NCBI GenBank assembly: GCA_002633005.1
Contig: NMRA01000119.1
Span: 124,001-188,000 of the forward strand
DNA: 64,000 nt
Direction of reading: 5' to 3'
DNA from: Phoronis australis
Taxonomy: Eukaryota; Animalia; Phoronida
Both the position numbers and the translations under genes were made by a program. Under the pieces are notes generated by a model, which made no database searches, was not told the DNA's origin, and saw only the letters and a list, made by a program, of their open reading frames with translations. Below are positions 1-11,482 of the stretch, piece by piece (the first letter of the stretch is position 1; every line of letters begins with the position of its first letter).

Positions 1-58
1 ATAAAGTCAAAAATCGAACTTTTGGAATTTCTACTTTAAAAATATATACTTTTACTGA

Positions 59-88
59 TACACACACGCGCACACACACACACATACG
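59..88. repeat. Short imperfect (CA)n microsatellite
   Basis: cacacacgcgcacacacacacacatacgca visible directly. Confidence 0.8.
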
Positions 89-971
89 CACCCTATTTCA
101 CAAATTGGACATCATGGTCCTTGGTGGGCGGTCTTTTTCCATAGTTGCCGTGTAATTGGCTAAAAGCATAGATCGCACTTCCCCCAATCTTTTAAGGATT
201 GTCGAGATTAAAGACCATTATTTCGTTTCACTGAAGTGAACTTGAAACATGTTTATAGTATCCGTTAACAGATCAAAGCCTTTTAACGCGACCTCGTTTT
301 AAATGAAAATTTTGGAAACCTAATTTGAATGTAGTTTTAAGTGTGAAAATCGCACGCAGGTGCTCCTTAAGTTTTGTGACAAGTATCCATGTGAGCACTT
401 TCCGCAAAACAGTATTAATCACCTAACTCGTACGCTAACATTTGGCCTTTGGTCACCCCAACGCTATAAGTGCGCCTTAGCCGGACTGTGACTAACCTGT
501 CGTTTCATAAAAGTTAATTAATTCACGTGGCTCATTAACACTGGAGGTGAAGACGTATTCGCCACAGTTTTTCTTAAAATGCACCAATTTTAAAATTCCG
601 AAGACGGCTAATGTTTACTTTTCAATTTGTCGTGTGTCTTAGTTATTGTACGTTTATGTCTTTGGAACAAGTACGCCGTTGGTTATCTCATCCAATACAC
701 ATTTGATCAAGCTCATGAATACTGATTAGCTCAACTCGATGTGATGGCCCCGTGAAGTCTTTGGTGTGTCGAGAAATTTGCCTTAGACTGCGTGCATATA
801 GTGTAATCGTACGAGTTGGTTGACGGTGATAGTATAGGAATGTTTAGCACGACGTCAATATGACGTTTTGGACCCAGTGTGACGTTATGTCTATTCTTAT
901 TTCCGGGTCCAAATAGCGTCATCTATTGCCATGACACGTCATAGCTAAACATCCGAATAGGACATTCTTAC

Positions 972-1142
972 CGAGACAATTTTCCGTTCTACAGCCTTTG
1001 ATATTGTCGCCGTTGCACTGCGACCCATTGTTCTGAGGAGCCGGGTTTGTACATGTTCTGATTTCTTGGGTGGCATTTTCGTCGTTATTGCATGTCACAT
1101 TGCACGCCCCAATGGAAGTCCATTCTGACCAGTTGCCGTGTA
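972..1142 (-). CDS. TSP1 (thrombospondin type-1 repeat) exon of a minus-strand extracellular protein gene
   Basis: ttcacag|(V)HGNWSEWTSIGACNVTCNNDENATQEIRTCTNPAPQNNGSQCNGDNIKGCRTENCL|gtaag. 171 nt, phase 1-1, 6 Cys, with WxxW and RxCxNPAPxxxGxxC motifs. Confidence 0.9.
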
Positions 1143-1319
1143 CTGTGAACAACATCAAATGTAGCGTTATTGCGTTCACCTGCCCAATACTTAGAACACT
1201 TGAAACGGTAACAATTAATGAGTGAGGTAAGTATAATTACAAGGAAACACGATGTTGACAACAGTCAGTCTTTTCCACCCTCACTCTAAGGGTCTTTTTC
1301 ACTACCTGTATATTACCGC

Positions 1320-2070
1320 GTCAGTTTGACCTGGATCTAAGATGAGGTCATACTCAGCAGAAGTTGCGGGCCTAGACCCCTTTTGGAGGCCTCTGTTGAA
1401 AACAGTTTCTTTGACAGTTCATGAGTTACAGTGTTCCTCTCTGGCTAGGACTTTGGTATTGATGTTGTCAAATATATCCCCAGTTATAAATGTACTGTAA
1501 GTTCACCGTCACCATTACGATTTTTCACTTCACCGTCACCCGTAAGATTTTTCAGTTTAAAGTGTTCCAGTTGATCCAAACCACCAGGTTGCGTTTGGCT
1601 TACCCAATCTACAGGTGTCCTCAGCTTCTGACCGTACCCAATACACTATAGAATACTACAATGTATGACACTCCGGACTAGAAATTCCACGGGTACTTCC
1701 CTTCAGCCGTCCATATCAAACACAAAACTCAATAAATTTACGCAAAACAGGGGTTCAAAAAACCATGAGGGATTGTTCTTTCTCCCAACACCACTTACGG
1801 TGTCCTGCTCTACCGAGTTCGCAACAAATTCGCGGTCAAAGGAAAAAATCTCGCCATATAGTCGATACCTAGGCCTACTGTGTGTTGGGGACGGTCTGAA
1901 GCTGAGGACGCCTGTGACCTAATGTAACAGTACAAAGGCCTTCCTTGCAAGCTAACTCATACACTACACAGGGTTTGTTGTTCATTAGGAGTAGTATCCT
2001 TGGGGTGGAACAACTTTTTCCAGGTAGCGTTGATTGGTTTGAAGTCTCACTAGTTCGTCCAATGTAACAA
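1320..2070 (-). mobile_element. Decayed Penelope-like element, 3' part (GIY-YIG endonuclease region), inverted relative to the adjacent RT fragment
   Basis: Minus-strand translation with frameshifts gives KPINATWKKLFHPKDTTPNEQQ..PCVVYELACKEG, like the Penelope KPxNTLRxKLVHPKD...GVVYxIxC motif. The reverse complement of 1440-1560 resembles 5040-5140. Confidence 0.7.
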
Positions 2071-2867
2071 CCCAATCATTACCAAAGGCGACACGGAGCT
2101 GCCATGTGGTCCCCGCTATCACCAATAGCTGCAGACATCTACATGGAGGACTTTGAAAGACATACCATACAGATTACCTCCAATCTCGGGTACGAGTACT
2201 TGGTGAAGTTATGTGGACGATATATCTTTGTAGTCATGAATGAGTAGCCTACCACCTCGACAGCTTTTGGCTCATATTATCAGGACTATCAACACATTCA
2301 GTTAACAACGGAACCCAGACTAACGGTACGGTAAAAGCGTGATTGCTTCTGGTCTCTGCTTATTATAAAATCGTTGTCAATCGCTCATTATTTCATAAAA
2401 AAGCACCTGAAACGGCAAAAGTGAGTGTAGAACTGTTGTTATTCATAGCGTGAAAATCACGGCGAGTCAAAGCATGGTAATTCAATTACCATGCTTTGAC
2501 TCGCTGTCTTGCTTACGTGCCTTTTTGCAGCATTAAACACGAGATCTCGGATACTTTTTATGCGTGCCCGGCGAGTGTAAGTTTCTAAAGTAGTCGGATA
2601 GAGAACAGAATCATCATTGGCTTCCTCAGCCTATGTATACATGTCAGCGATGACGGTTCTGCCAAGATTATGGTGTACCGTAAGCCCAAGCACACTGACC
2701 AGTATTTGAACCGTCGTTCCAATAATCTGATACAGCACAAACAAAATGCTGTTTGCACCCTCCCCAACGTAGCGGAAAATTGTGTCACTCTTAATCAAGA
2801 TCGCCTGAAGGGGATAGATCATGTTCATAACACTATGGAAGCCAACGTACTGAGACTAGGTGCTTCA

Positions 2868-3023
2868 CAGTGGCGGGCTTAGAGGGGGTCCAAGGGGCTA
2901 TGCCACCCTAAAATTCTCCCAGATTCCATATGGCAGTTCGGAGATGCGAATGTCGGACAGGCAAAATCGTGGCTAATACTCCGCGCTGGCTCCGCCTACA
3001 CAAAATCCTGGATCCGCCCCGTG
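2868..3023. mobile_element. Small MITE-like insertion in the Penelope ORF
   Basis: Ends cagtggcggg...ggatccgccccgtg are imperfect inverted repeats. Penelope-like sequence stops just before and resumes after it. Confidence 0.55.
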
Positions 3024-3108
3024 CTTACTCCTCAGTGTATCAGACGACAACACGATCAGGACACAGAAGGTGATGACGTCCAAAAGCTACACTCAGTCAT
3101 CCCCTATA

Positions 3109-4874
3109 GACCCAATTCACGCCGATAGGAGGCGGGTTCCAAACGAGGCCCGCTACGATAGCTCTGTTGGCTTATCGGCATAGTTGTATTCCGCGTTGCT
3201 CGAACGGTTAGAAAAATACGGACATTCACTTGTGTGTTTTACAATCCCTAAGCACGTTGAGATTCGGAAGCGTTGGGTCGTTGCCATACGCCTGGACGAA
3301 GGAAAATATGTCCGTGTAAAATTTTTAAATATTTTCGGCTAAAATATAGCTCATTTGTCGCATTTCGGTTGCCGGGCATCATAGCAACCACCAGAGAATC
3401 TTCGGCAAGCCTGGCTGTCTTTTCGTAATTACAGGTTGAAGCATGGTGCATTTATCTTTCCAAAAAGGACAGGGCTCTCAATCTCTCGATTGTGGGGCCG
3501 AGTGTCAGCCTTATTCCTCTCTCAAAAATATTGAAAATCATACTTCCCCTCACGAGGCCTAAAAATTTCTCTAATTTTCTCGGAAAATCAAATGACACAG
3601 GTGAGAATTTGAAAGAGCACAAAATGCTGCTTGAAACAGAGCCTTTGAGAGCTTGCAACAGGGCGAGGGTGCTTTGATGGTGATCGAAAGGCAGATTTTC
3701 CACTCACTCGGCGAAAAAAATCCCCACATTCTCAGAAGGCAAAGGAACCTTCCCTTGGATGAACGAGGCCCCTGAAGAAACATGATAACTATGCTTGCTC
3801 TGTCCAGTTATCTGAAATTGAGCTTTAAAACGAAGATATGATTTTCACGAAACAATTAGGTGAGGGGTGCTGAACGTGCGATAGCACCTGGCTCTTTGGT
3901 TAACTGCCCAGCTCAGTCTTTTGTACCATATGATAACAAGAAGGCCAATTATCTCCCAGGCTTCACAGGAAACGTATGGTGGTTGCACGCTATTACCGAA
4001 AGCGTATTCAGAACACAGTCAAACCCAGTGCGTTGGTAATCCGTTTGGACAGAATAGATTGTCTTAAATTCTGTTGTAGTTGGGCGATTTTGGTGATTCG
4101 AAAACGGAATATGATCAGCATTTGACGAGGAATTCAGAAATGCTATTGGTTAAAGCTCAAATATGTTATTACTTAACTTTCATTTTCATCAGCCCAGACC
4201 AGTCAGGCTAGATACGATCTGATCGGAGATTTAAAAGCAATTATCGAACAAAAGAGCACAGGCCCTCCAACCATCAATGCCAGAATGGATTTAATCAGTC
4301 GTGTAAGATATTGGCTACGGGGTAAACTTCCCAACTTGTTGTTGGGTTATAGAATCGAACAAGTTGGGAGCAACGGGATATCGCCGATATGCGCCAGGAC
4401 CTAGACTATGCTTTATGAATTAAATCTAATGTGACTAATTGCACATGACAGTAAAATACGATGAGCCGCCCCTGTCGAATATATCTTCAACTCGTCAACA
4501 ATACGAGCAGATGACTTGGTTTGTGTAGAAAGCATTTTTATCAACAATTTACAAGAAGAAACGTAACCCAGCATTCAGCATAGTACCTAATCCGTAACAC
4601 TGGGATCGCCGCAATTTGGTCATATTTACTTTCCATGTTTCGAACCTGGTTTCGGAAAAATATACCCTTTCGTCAGACAACTCTTTGGTGCATTGACTTG
4701 TTCTCTAATCTATTTTTCTACGTCTCTCTAGTTAATAATCGACACATTTTTAAGATCTAATATGCAGGTTGGACTCGGAAGACCGGCCATTTAACTCGCC
4801 TAATGTCAACTTCAGCTTTGTTTATCGCAGTGAGCATCGCTTTAGATTTTAATGTCCGCCGCGTGAATTAGGTC
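3109..4874 (+). mobile_element. Non-autonomous DNA transposon with 14-bp TIRs and flanking TATA duplication
   Basis: tata|gacccaattcacgc ... gcgtgaattaggtc|tata. Removing it restores the Penelope frame (IPY/INRF). A second, inverted partial copy lies at 55072-55947. Confidence 0.85.
3897..4392 (+). repeat. Interspersed repeat family Y, copy 1 (nested in the 3109-4874 element)
   Basis: Aligns by eye to 37975-38435, and its terminal part to 27597-27668. Confidence 0.8.
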
Positions 4875-5187
4875 TATATCAACAGGTTTGAGCATGTAGC
4901 AGAGATCCTTAAGTCACACAGTGTAAAACTGTACATCAAGCCAATCATTATTCTTCGGGAAAAGTTGGTTGCCCCCACGGATGCTACTCCCGACAATGAA
5001 GGTGAAACATACCAGTTGACTTGGCGACCATGATTAAGGGGCACTTTAAACTAAAGAGACCCTCTTTTGTCGGTGAACATACATGTACAGTTAGAGCTTG
5101 GACATACCATTGACAACATTAATGCCAAAACTGTCGCTAAGAAAATTCTAAGAGAAGATGTTTAAATTAAAACCAAACGAAATAAAG

Positions 5188-6285
5188 TTTCTCACAAGAC
5201 CTGGAATGTGTTACGAATCGACTGATTAATAAATATAGGTTATACAACGTACGTGTTTGTACCAGTGCTTATTATATCGAGATTCGTGATATGCAAATGT
5301 ATTTGAACGATGGTGAATGGCCATTACAACCGTGTAATGACCCATTTATTTATTAAACGGCGTTAGATAGCATTTTGAAACGTCACGACCTCCAACATCA
5401 GGCCTCTGACCGAGAAAGTCGTTACAAAAGCCGAAGCGAGACGAGAAAGGTAGATCGATTCATTGCAATGCTTCTCGTTTAGTATGTGGTATAAATAGAT
5501 TATTACATTTCTCAGTCATTACCCCCCTTATCTAGACCCCTCGTGGCAATAATTCTCCAAAATCCCCTCGGGCTCTAGATTACGGAGGCTAACGATTTCA
5601 ACATGTAATAATGTATATGTACGTATTTTTTGATGTTACATAGGTGAATCACGAAGTAACAAAGTAGAAATACATACGCCTAACATTTTAGCTTTTGCAA
5701 AACACGAATACCATTACAGTCAAACGCGCGCCAACCAAACAATGCCGGAATTCCGTGAAGGTGACAAGGTTATGCTTAACAAATCGAGTATCCCAGCTAC
5801 ACGTACTCCCAGTCAGAAGGACATGCAGACAACTTCTTAAACGGATCCATCTTTGGAGGCAAATTCCATTACTCTGATCCACATTCATTCAAACGGAGAC
5901 GAACCCAACTAAAGAAACGCCCAGAGACTGTCCAGTTTCAAGGTCTATTCAGTGCTCACGTGTAGGGAAGTCCTGTAGACTGTGTTATTTATAAACATTT
6001 ACAACTTCAAAGAACATTAATTACATTCCAACTTGAACATTTGTTATGACAGCTGAATGTAATTTACAATAGTTAAGTTTACAATAATGCTATTTACAAC
6101 AAGCAACTGAGTTTAAGCGTTTTTTACAAAAGTTGCGTCATGTGGTTGAAAGTTTCAGACTTGTTGAGTTTTTCGGCAAAAAAGGTTGTTTTTGCGGTTC
6201 GTGTGAGGAAACAAATCCTACAATCGTCTCAGGTTGATTACATGGACAAAACCTCTTAAAAATTTCGTCAAAATCCAACTGCAAG
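5188..6285 (+). repeat. Interspersed repeat family X, copy 1 (with an internal insertion at ~5233-5620)
   Basis: Reverse-complement match to 24362-25075, e.g. ctcacaagacctggaatgtgttac and aaccaaacaatgccggaattcc. Confidence 0.8.
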
Positions 6286-6479
6286 ATTCGGGATGATGAC
6301 GAAAATTAAAGTAAAATAAAACAAAGCAAAGCGAAACAAAATAAAACAAAAAAATCAAAACAAAACGAAAAACCAACTTAGACTAACCATTGGAATAAAT
6401 GTATTTGCCAACCTAATAGATACACTAGTTATGCATACTATTTAGGAACACGTGCAATTGCACTGAAACAAAGACTTAC

Positions 6480-6617
6480 CAGGACAAAAGTGGTTGTTAC
6501 AAGACTCAGTCTGATTGTCGTGCACGGTCGCATTCTGCTTGGAACGAATTCTGGTTCGACTGCCTCCGCCACATGTCTCAGAGCAGTTGGACCACGCAAC
6601 CCATTGTGTCCACTCAT
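6480..6617 (-). CDS. Short 4-Cys TSP1 exon (paralogue of 10944-11081)
   Basis: gtgttgtag|(D)EWTQWVAWSNCSETCGGGSRTRIRSKQNATVHDNQTESCNNHFCP|gtaagt. 138 nt, phase 1-1, open frame. Not in the supplied ORF track. Confidence 0.9.
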
Positions 6618-7289
6618 CTACAACACGTTAAGTGTAGCGAGTAATATAACCGCCATGCCAAGTTTTCATTCATGCAGTATAACTGGAGTCCTAGTGTCTA
6701 AGCATTAGCAATACTATCAGGAGATTTGTGACCGGAAATTTTTTCATTTTGAAAAAGTGTATATCAATTTTGAAAATACACGCTATTGAGCATGTCATTG
6801 TGCGAAGAACAAAAAGAACTACTGCTACTTGATTTCTGATTTCAACTCGTAATAAGAGTTGAGTGGTCGCATTCGAATTTCGTACGGAGTAAACTTTCTT
6901 CCAGACAGTTCTGTTTTGGGCATGGTGATACTAAATGGGAATAGGGCATCGTTTGCTTTGACAATAATTCTTCCTTTTTATTAAGCTTCTCTTGAGGGTG
7001 CCGTGTGTTACGTGCTTTTAAGTAAGACAAATTCTGAAGCTGTAGAGACCACTGACTGCATTCTTGTGAGTATAGTGTATCCTATGTACATGTATATAGG
7101 GCAGCTCAGTGCCAGAGTTCCTTTGAGAGTTGTCTATTAGATATGCATACACGATATACCACTTGATGAATTCGCTTGAGCGGGATTATCTACCGAATAC
7201 CTTATTAATTATGTAATCTCGTCTTTTTTCCTATACCAATGGATTTTTTTTCTAGTTTTGAGTGTTCCTTGAACCTGGTCACCGGAATG

Positions 7290-7915
7290 TGTTTGGTTTA
7301 ATCTATGAAGCGGTGTACATGTGAGAGGCCTTCCCTACTGCATAATTAGTACACTGCACTGGATTTCTTGTCATTAGGAGGAGTATCCTTGAGGTGAACC
7401 AATTTTTCCTGGATAGCATTGGTAGGTTTGAAGTGAGCGGCCATGTAGTCCCCGAGGTCACCTGTCACTGCAGACATCGTCACTTACGACTTCCAGCTCT
7501 ACCACTTGTTGCCCACACATGCTAGATCAGCACGTTAGGTCAACAACGGAACCCGAGACTGACGGCAAGGTTGAAAACATAATTGTTTCTGGTGTCTGCT
7601 TATTTGAAAATCGTTGATTCCGTATTTTCTTAGTCACCCACTCTTTCACAACAATCCACCAGAAACAGCAAAAATGATGACTGATCTGTTATATTTATTC
7701 ATATTGAGGCAAGCCAAGAAACTTGTTAATCCGTGCTGACGTGCCTTTGTGTAACTCTGGACATGAGACCTCGGATGAAATTGATGTGTTCAAGCGTTTT
7801 ATGTTTAGTTCGTGGTTTAAAGTGTCAAAATCAGTCGGGATAGAGACCAGAATCAACATTGTTTTTTGGCCTTAGCTGCCATTTCCCCAGCCTATGTTTA
7901 AATGTCAGCGATGAC
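7290..7915. repeat. Diverged duplicate of the 1890-2660 segment (Penelope junction plus nested insert)
   Basis: Colinear blocks shared with 1935-2660, e.g. aggccttcc, tcattaggag.agtatcctt, ctgcagacatc, caacggaaccc, cggatagaga.cagaatca, atgtcagcgatgac. Confidence 0.75.
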
Positions 7916-10900
7916 TATTGGAATGTGTTTATGGCAGGTTTTCATGGTTTATGACCTTAGGTATTTCCTGTACATGTTCAGTTTAAAGTTATTATTTCTA
8001 CCTCTTGACATACATTTACAGATCATCCTTCTTGCATGTTATATGTTATAACTTTATACTATCACACCAGAAGCTTTTAATACATCATACCGAACGCAAG
8101 TATTTTTCTCTACGAACCACCTCGGGTTTTATCTTTGTACAATAAAAACCCACATCTTTTTGCTGCCGTGACTCAATGCTTCTCACTGCACTATATTAGA
8201 AAGTAAGACACAACTGCTAGCCAGAAGACGAGGCAATTAAACCGAGCTTCATTTACGAAGAGATGTACGCAGCTACAAGAAGTCCTCAGCAACACTCCAC
8301 TGAAAGACGTCAGCGAAGAAATTTTCAACTTGAATACTACACTCAACATGCTTTCCGACCTGTATACCGCAATCGCTCACTTCATACCGGAAATTGATCT
8401 GGATGCATTCTACGAAGAAGCGATTGATTACATTGAGGACAGAAAGCAGCAACTGATTGACATCAAAAACTCTGTAAAACAAGTGCAGGAAAAACCATCA
8501 TTCGTACCTCCAACTGCCACAACGCCGCAGCCTCACCATGGATTTCGACTACCGACCCTACAATTACAGAAGTTCAGTCGTGATATCATGAAATTTCAAC
8601 AGTTTTGGGATTTATTCGATGCCAGGGTCCACAGTCAGTCATTACCTGCTGTTCAGAAGTTTGTATATCTGAAATCTCTCCCCACCGATGAACCACTTCG
8701 AATTATCGATGGACTATCGATAGACAATTACACCATCGCAGTCCAGCTTCTTGCATGCAGAGCGATACGGATCTACCTTTAAAATCAAGTTACCCCTCAT
8801 CGAATCTATCACCAGCATGGATGCACCCACTAGCCACCTTGCCAGCAGCCGTTCGTTTTATGACAGCTTAGTGACGACATTGAGACAACTACAAGCCATA
8901 GAATCATTTGACGGCGGTTTTCTTGTACACCTGCTGTTAAACAGGCTTCCCCCTTCAATCAGACGAAACATCGCAAGACGGACTGACGGCGATCTTGATA
9001 TGTCCCTTGAGCAACTGCGCAAATTTCTCCAGACATAAATTGAAATGCTGAACGTCAATGAACCGCTCACCACGTCAGCTTACGGAAGCACCATGTGCTT
9101 CCACGCTAATGCAAGAAGTCAACCAAACCGCCAGACTACGACTCGTCAATACCAGAGAGTATGTTTTTATTGTGATGATCGCTCACATAACTCTCATTCA
9201 TGCCCTAAAGTGACCTCGTACGACAAAAAATCGCTGCTATCAAAACGAAGAAAGCCTGCTTCAATTGTCTTGGAAAACACATGATATCAGCATGTAAATC
9301 TCGTTTTCGTTGCCGCACCCGCAACAAAAAACATCACACTAACTTGTGCTCATCAGGCAATGGACAATCCAATACCAACGACAACGAACCTGCGACAAAC
9401 TAAACAACGGTGACTCATGTTTCGTCATCGTCGACTGTGCTGTTGAAGACAGCAGTAGCAGATGTAACATCCAATGATCGTGCAGTATCTGCCAATATAC
9501 TATTTGATGAAGGATCACGGATGTCGTTTGTAACTAGAGAGCTAGCACATCAACTCCAACTACGACCCATCCGAAAACAAAACCTAACGATTGGAACCTT
9601 CGGGGATGGTAACAACTCTTCCACTGTCCACGATATAGCTCGTCTCTATGTTAAGACACGGAAACATGATCATGTTTCCATGGAGGCGGTCACAGTGCCT
9701 ACGATTACCACTCAACTACAAACTTGCTTGTCAACCATCCGTGATTATTCCACCTATGAGGTTTACAGTTGGCACACTCGTCACCACATGATGGACGAAT
9801 ACTCACTCATCGCTGCTGACTGCTATTGGAAATTTGTCGGAAACCACATTGTGCGAGGACCTGGCCCTACTGCAGTGAGCTCTATACTGGGTTATCTAAT
9901 ACCTGGTCTAGTGAACAGTACCCCTTCCACTCCTCAATCATCGGCGATCATGAAACTAACAATGAACTCGAAAAACTATGCATGGACATTGGAGACTCTC
10001 GGTATAAACGGCACAGAAGTGCTACCATCTCCCGTAGACTACCATGAATTTCATGACAACATCACCCTCTTGAACATTGGCAAATATGAAGTGAAGCTGC
10101 CCTGGAAAACCCAACACGAACCTCTGCCTAGCAATTATCACACTAGTGCGAAACGGAGTAAAATCATGGTCAACAAGCTAGAGCCGGCTGCGCGTGAACA
10201 ATACGCACACTTAACTACTCAACTTGAGACTGGTATTATCGAACGTGCCATCAACACTGATCCACAGCACGGGCACTATATACCCGTTGTTTCGCGAATC
10301 GGCCACTACCCCCACTTCCTATAGTTTACGATTATAGCACTGCTAACAAAGAATCACCATCACTCAATCACATTGGATTAATAGCTCCAAACAGCTACCT
10401 GTGTGTGTGAAACACCGTGTTAATAACCGTCGCCCAACCGAGCTTGTGGATGTACTGTCCTGCTGATACTAATCCAGCTGATTTGTTAACACGAGGTGTC
10501 GCATTTAACCACCTGCAACAGTCACGTCTTTAAATGGACCCCAATGGTTAATGAATACCTAGCCCCAACAAACTTGGAAAACTCAGAAACCAGTCACTGT
10601 GCAAACTACACCTGTCATTCAGCCCGACAACAATGGTGACAATATCTGTGGAATACAAAAGGTGATTGACATCAATATTCATTCGCCACTTCAGCGATTA
10701 CTGCGAATTAGTGCATGGATTAATAGGTTTATCTGTGCAATCAAAGGCAAAGAGCGACACTTTGTGCCTAATACGTTGACTGCACTTGAGATTACTGAAG
10801 CAGAGAGACAGTGGGTCCAGTCTGTACAGCATTGTGTGTTCGCGACAAAATTTCAACAACTCGACAACAACGCAAACCCAAGGTCTCTCCTAATTCGACA

Positions 10901-10925
10901 ATCGCGTTTGTATACTGAAAATAAT
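7916..10925 (+). mobile_element. Decayed BEL/Pao LTR retrotransposon (putative 5' LTR, PBS, gag, protease, deleted RT, 3'-truncated)
   Basis: Gag-like FRLPTLQLQKFSRDIMKFQQFWDLF..KFVYLKS; Zn-knuckles CFYCDDRSHNSHSC and CFNCLGKH; protease ANILFDEGSRMSFVT; GKYEVKLPWK..LPSNY; NPADLLTRG; LQRLLRISAWINRF. Many frameshifts. LTR limits (~7916-8155) are approximate. Confidence 0.92.
8161..8174 (+). other. Primer-binding site complementary to the tRNA-His 3' end
   Basis: tgctgccgtgactc matches TGGTGCCGTGACTC (reverse complement of the tRNA-His 3' end, recalled from memory) with one mismatch. It lies between the putative LTR and gag. Confidence 0.65.
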
Positions 10926-10943
10926 GTTGAAACAAAGACTTAC

Positions 10944-11081
10944 CAAGACATGAGTGGTCGTTACAAAACTCAGTCTGATTTTCCTGCACGGTCGCATACT
11001 GACTGGAACGAATTCTGGTTCGACTGCCTCCGCCACATGTCACGGAGCAGTTGGTCCACGCATCCCATTGAGTCCACTCGT
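10944..11081 (-). CDS. Short 4-Cys TSP1 exon (paralogue of 6480-6617)
   Basis: gtgttgtag|(D)EWTQWDAWTNCSVTCGGGSRTRIRSSQYATVQENQTEFCNDHSCL|gtaagt. 138 nt, phase 1-1. Confidence 0.9.
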
Positions 11082-11482
11082 CTACAACACATTGAGTGGA
11101 GCGTTTGATATGACCTCCGTGTGAGATTTTCATTCATACGGTAAAACGGGAATCCGACTGTTATGTCTAGATTACACACATAAAAGATAAGTAATTCTAT
11201 GAAGGGGTTTGTCGCTGGACATTCTTTTCACTTTTAAAAATTGTACACCAATTAGAAAATACGTGGTGTTGAGCATGTCATTGTAATAAGAGCAAAAACA
11301 GATACTAACAAGGCACAGTTTCACGACAATTTAGTGAGAGAGTGGGATTATCTAGGCAATGCCTTATTAAATATTAAATCTAGCCAAGCTCATTTATTTA
11401 ATAAACCCTCATTCCAAATGAGAAGGTGTTTAACTGCTTGAGATTAGTTTGTGGCTTTTGCACTGCAAATTTGAAGAAGTAC

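Larger units (their letters stand above)
2080..5160 (+). mobile_element. Decayed Penelope-like retroelement (RT, thumb and start of GIY-YIG) broken by three nested insertions
   Basis: YQRRHGAAMWSPLSPIAADIYMEDFE...YVDDI (RT core); DDGSAKIMVYRKPKHTDQYLN (thumb); SVIPY|INRFEHVAEILKSHSVKLYIKPIIILREKLVAPTD across the 3109-4874 insertion. Contains stops and frameshifts. Confidence 0.85.

Noticed and set aside
731-922. 63-aa ORF as the next exon of the TSP1 gene
   Set aside because: It would need a 49-nt intron, the phase-1 frame stops after 8 codons, and no domain is recognisable.
10599-11108. 169-aa ORF as a retrotransposon-host fusion gene
   Set aside because: The BEL pol frame simply reads into the antisense strand of a TSP1 exon. 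There is no evidence of a functional fusion.
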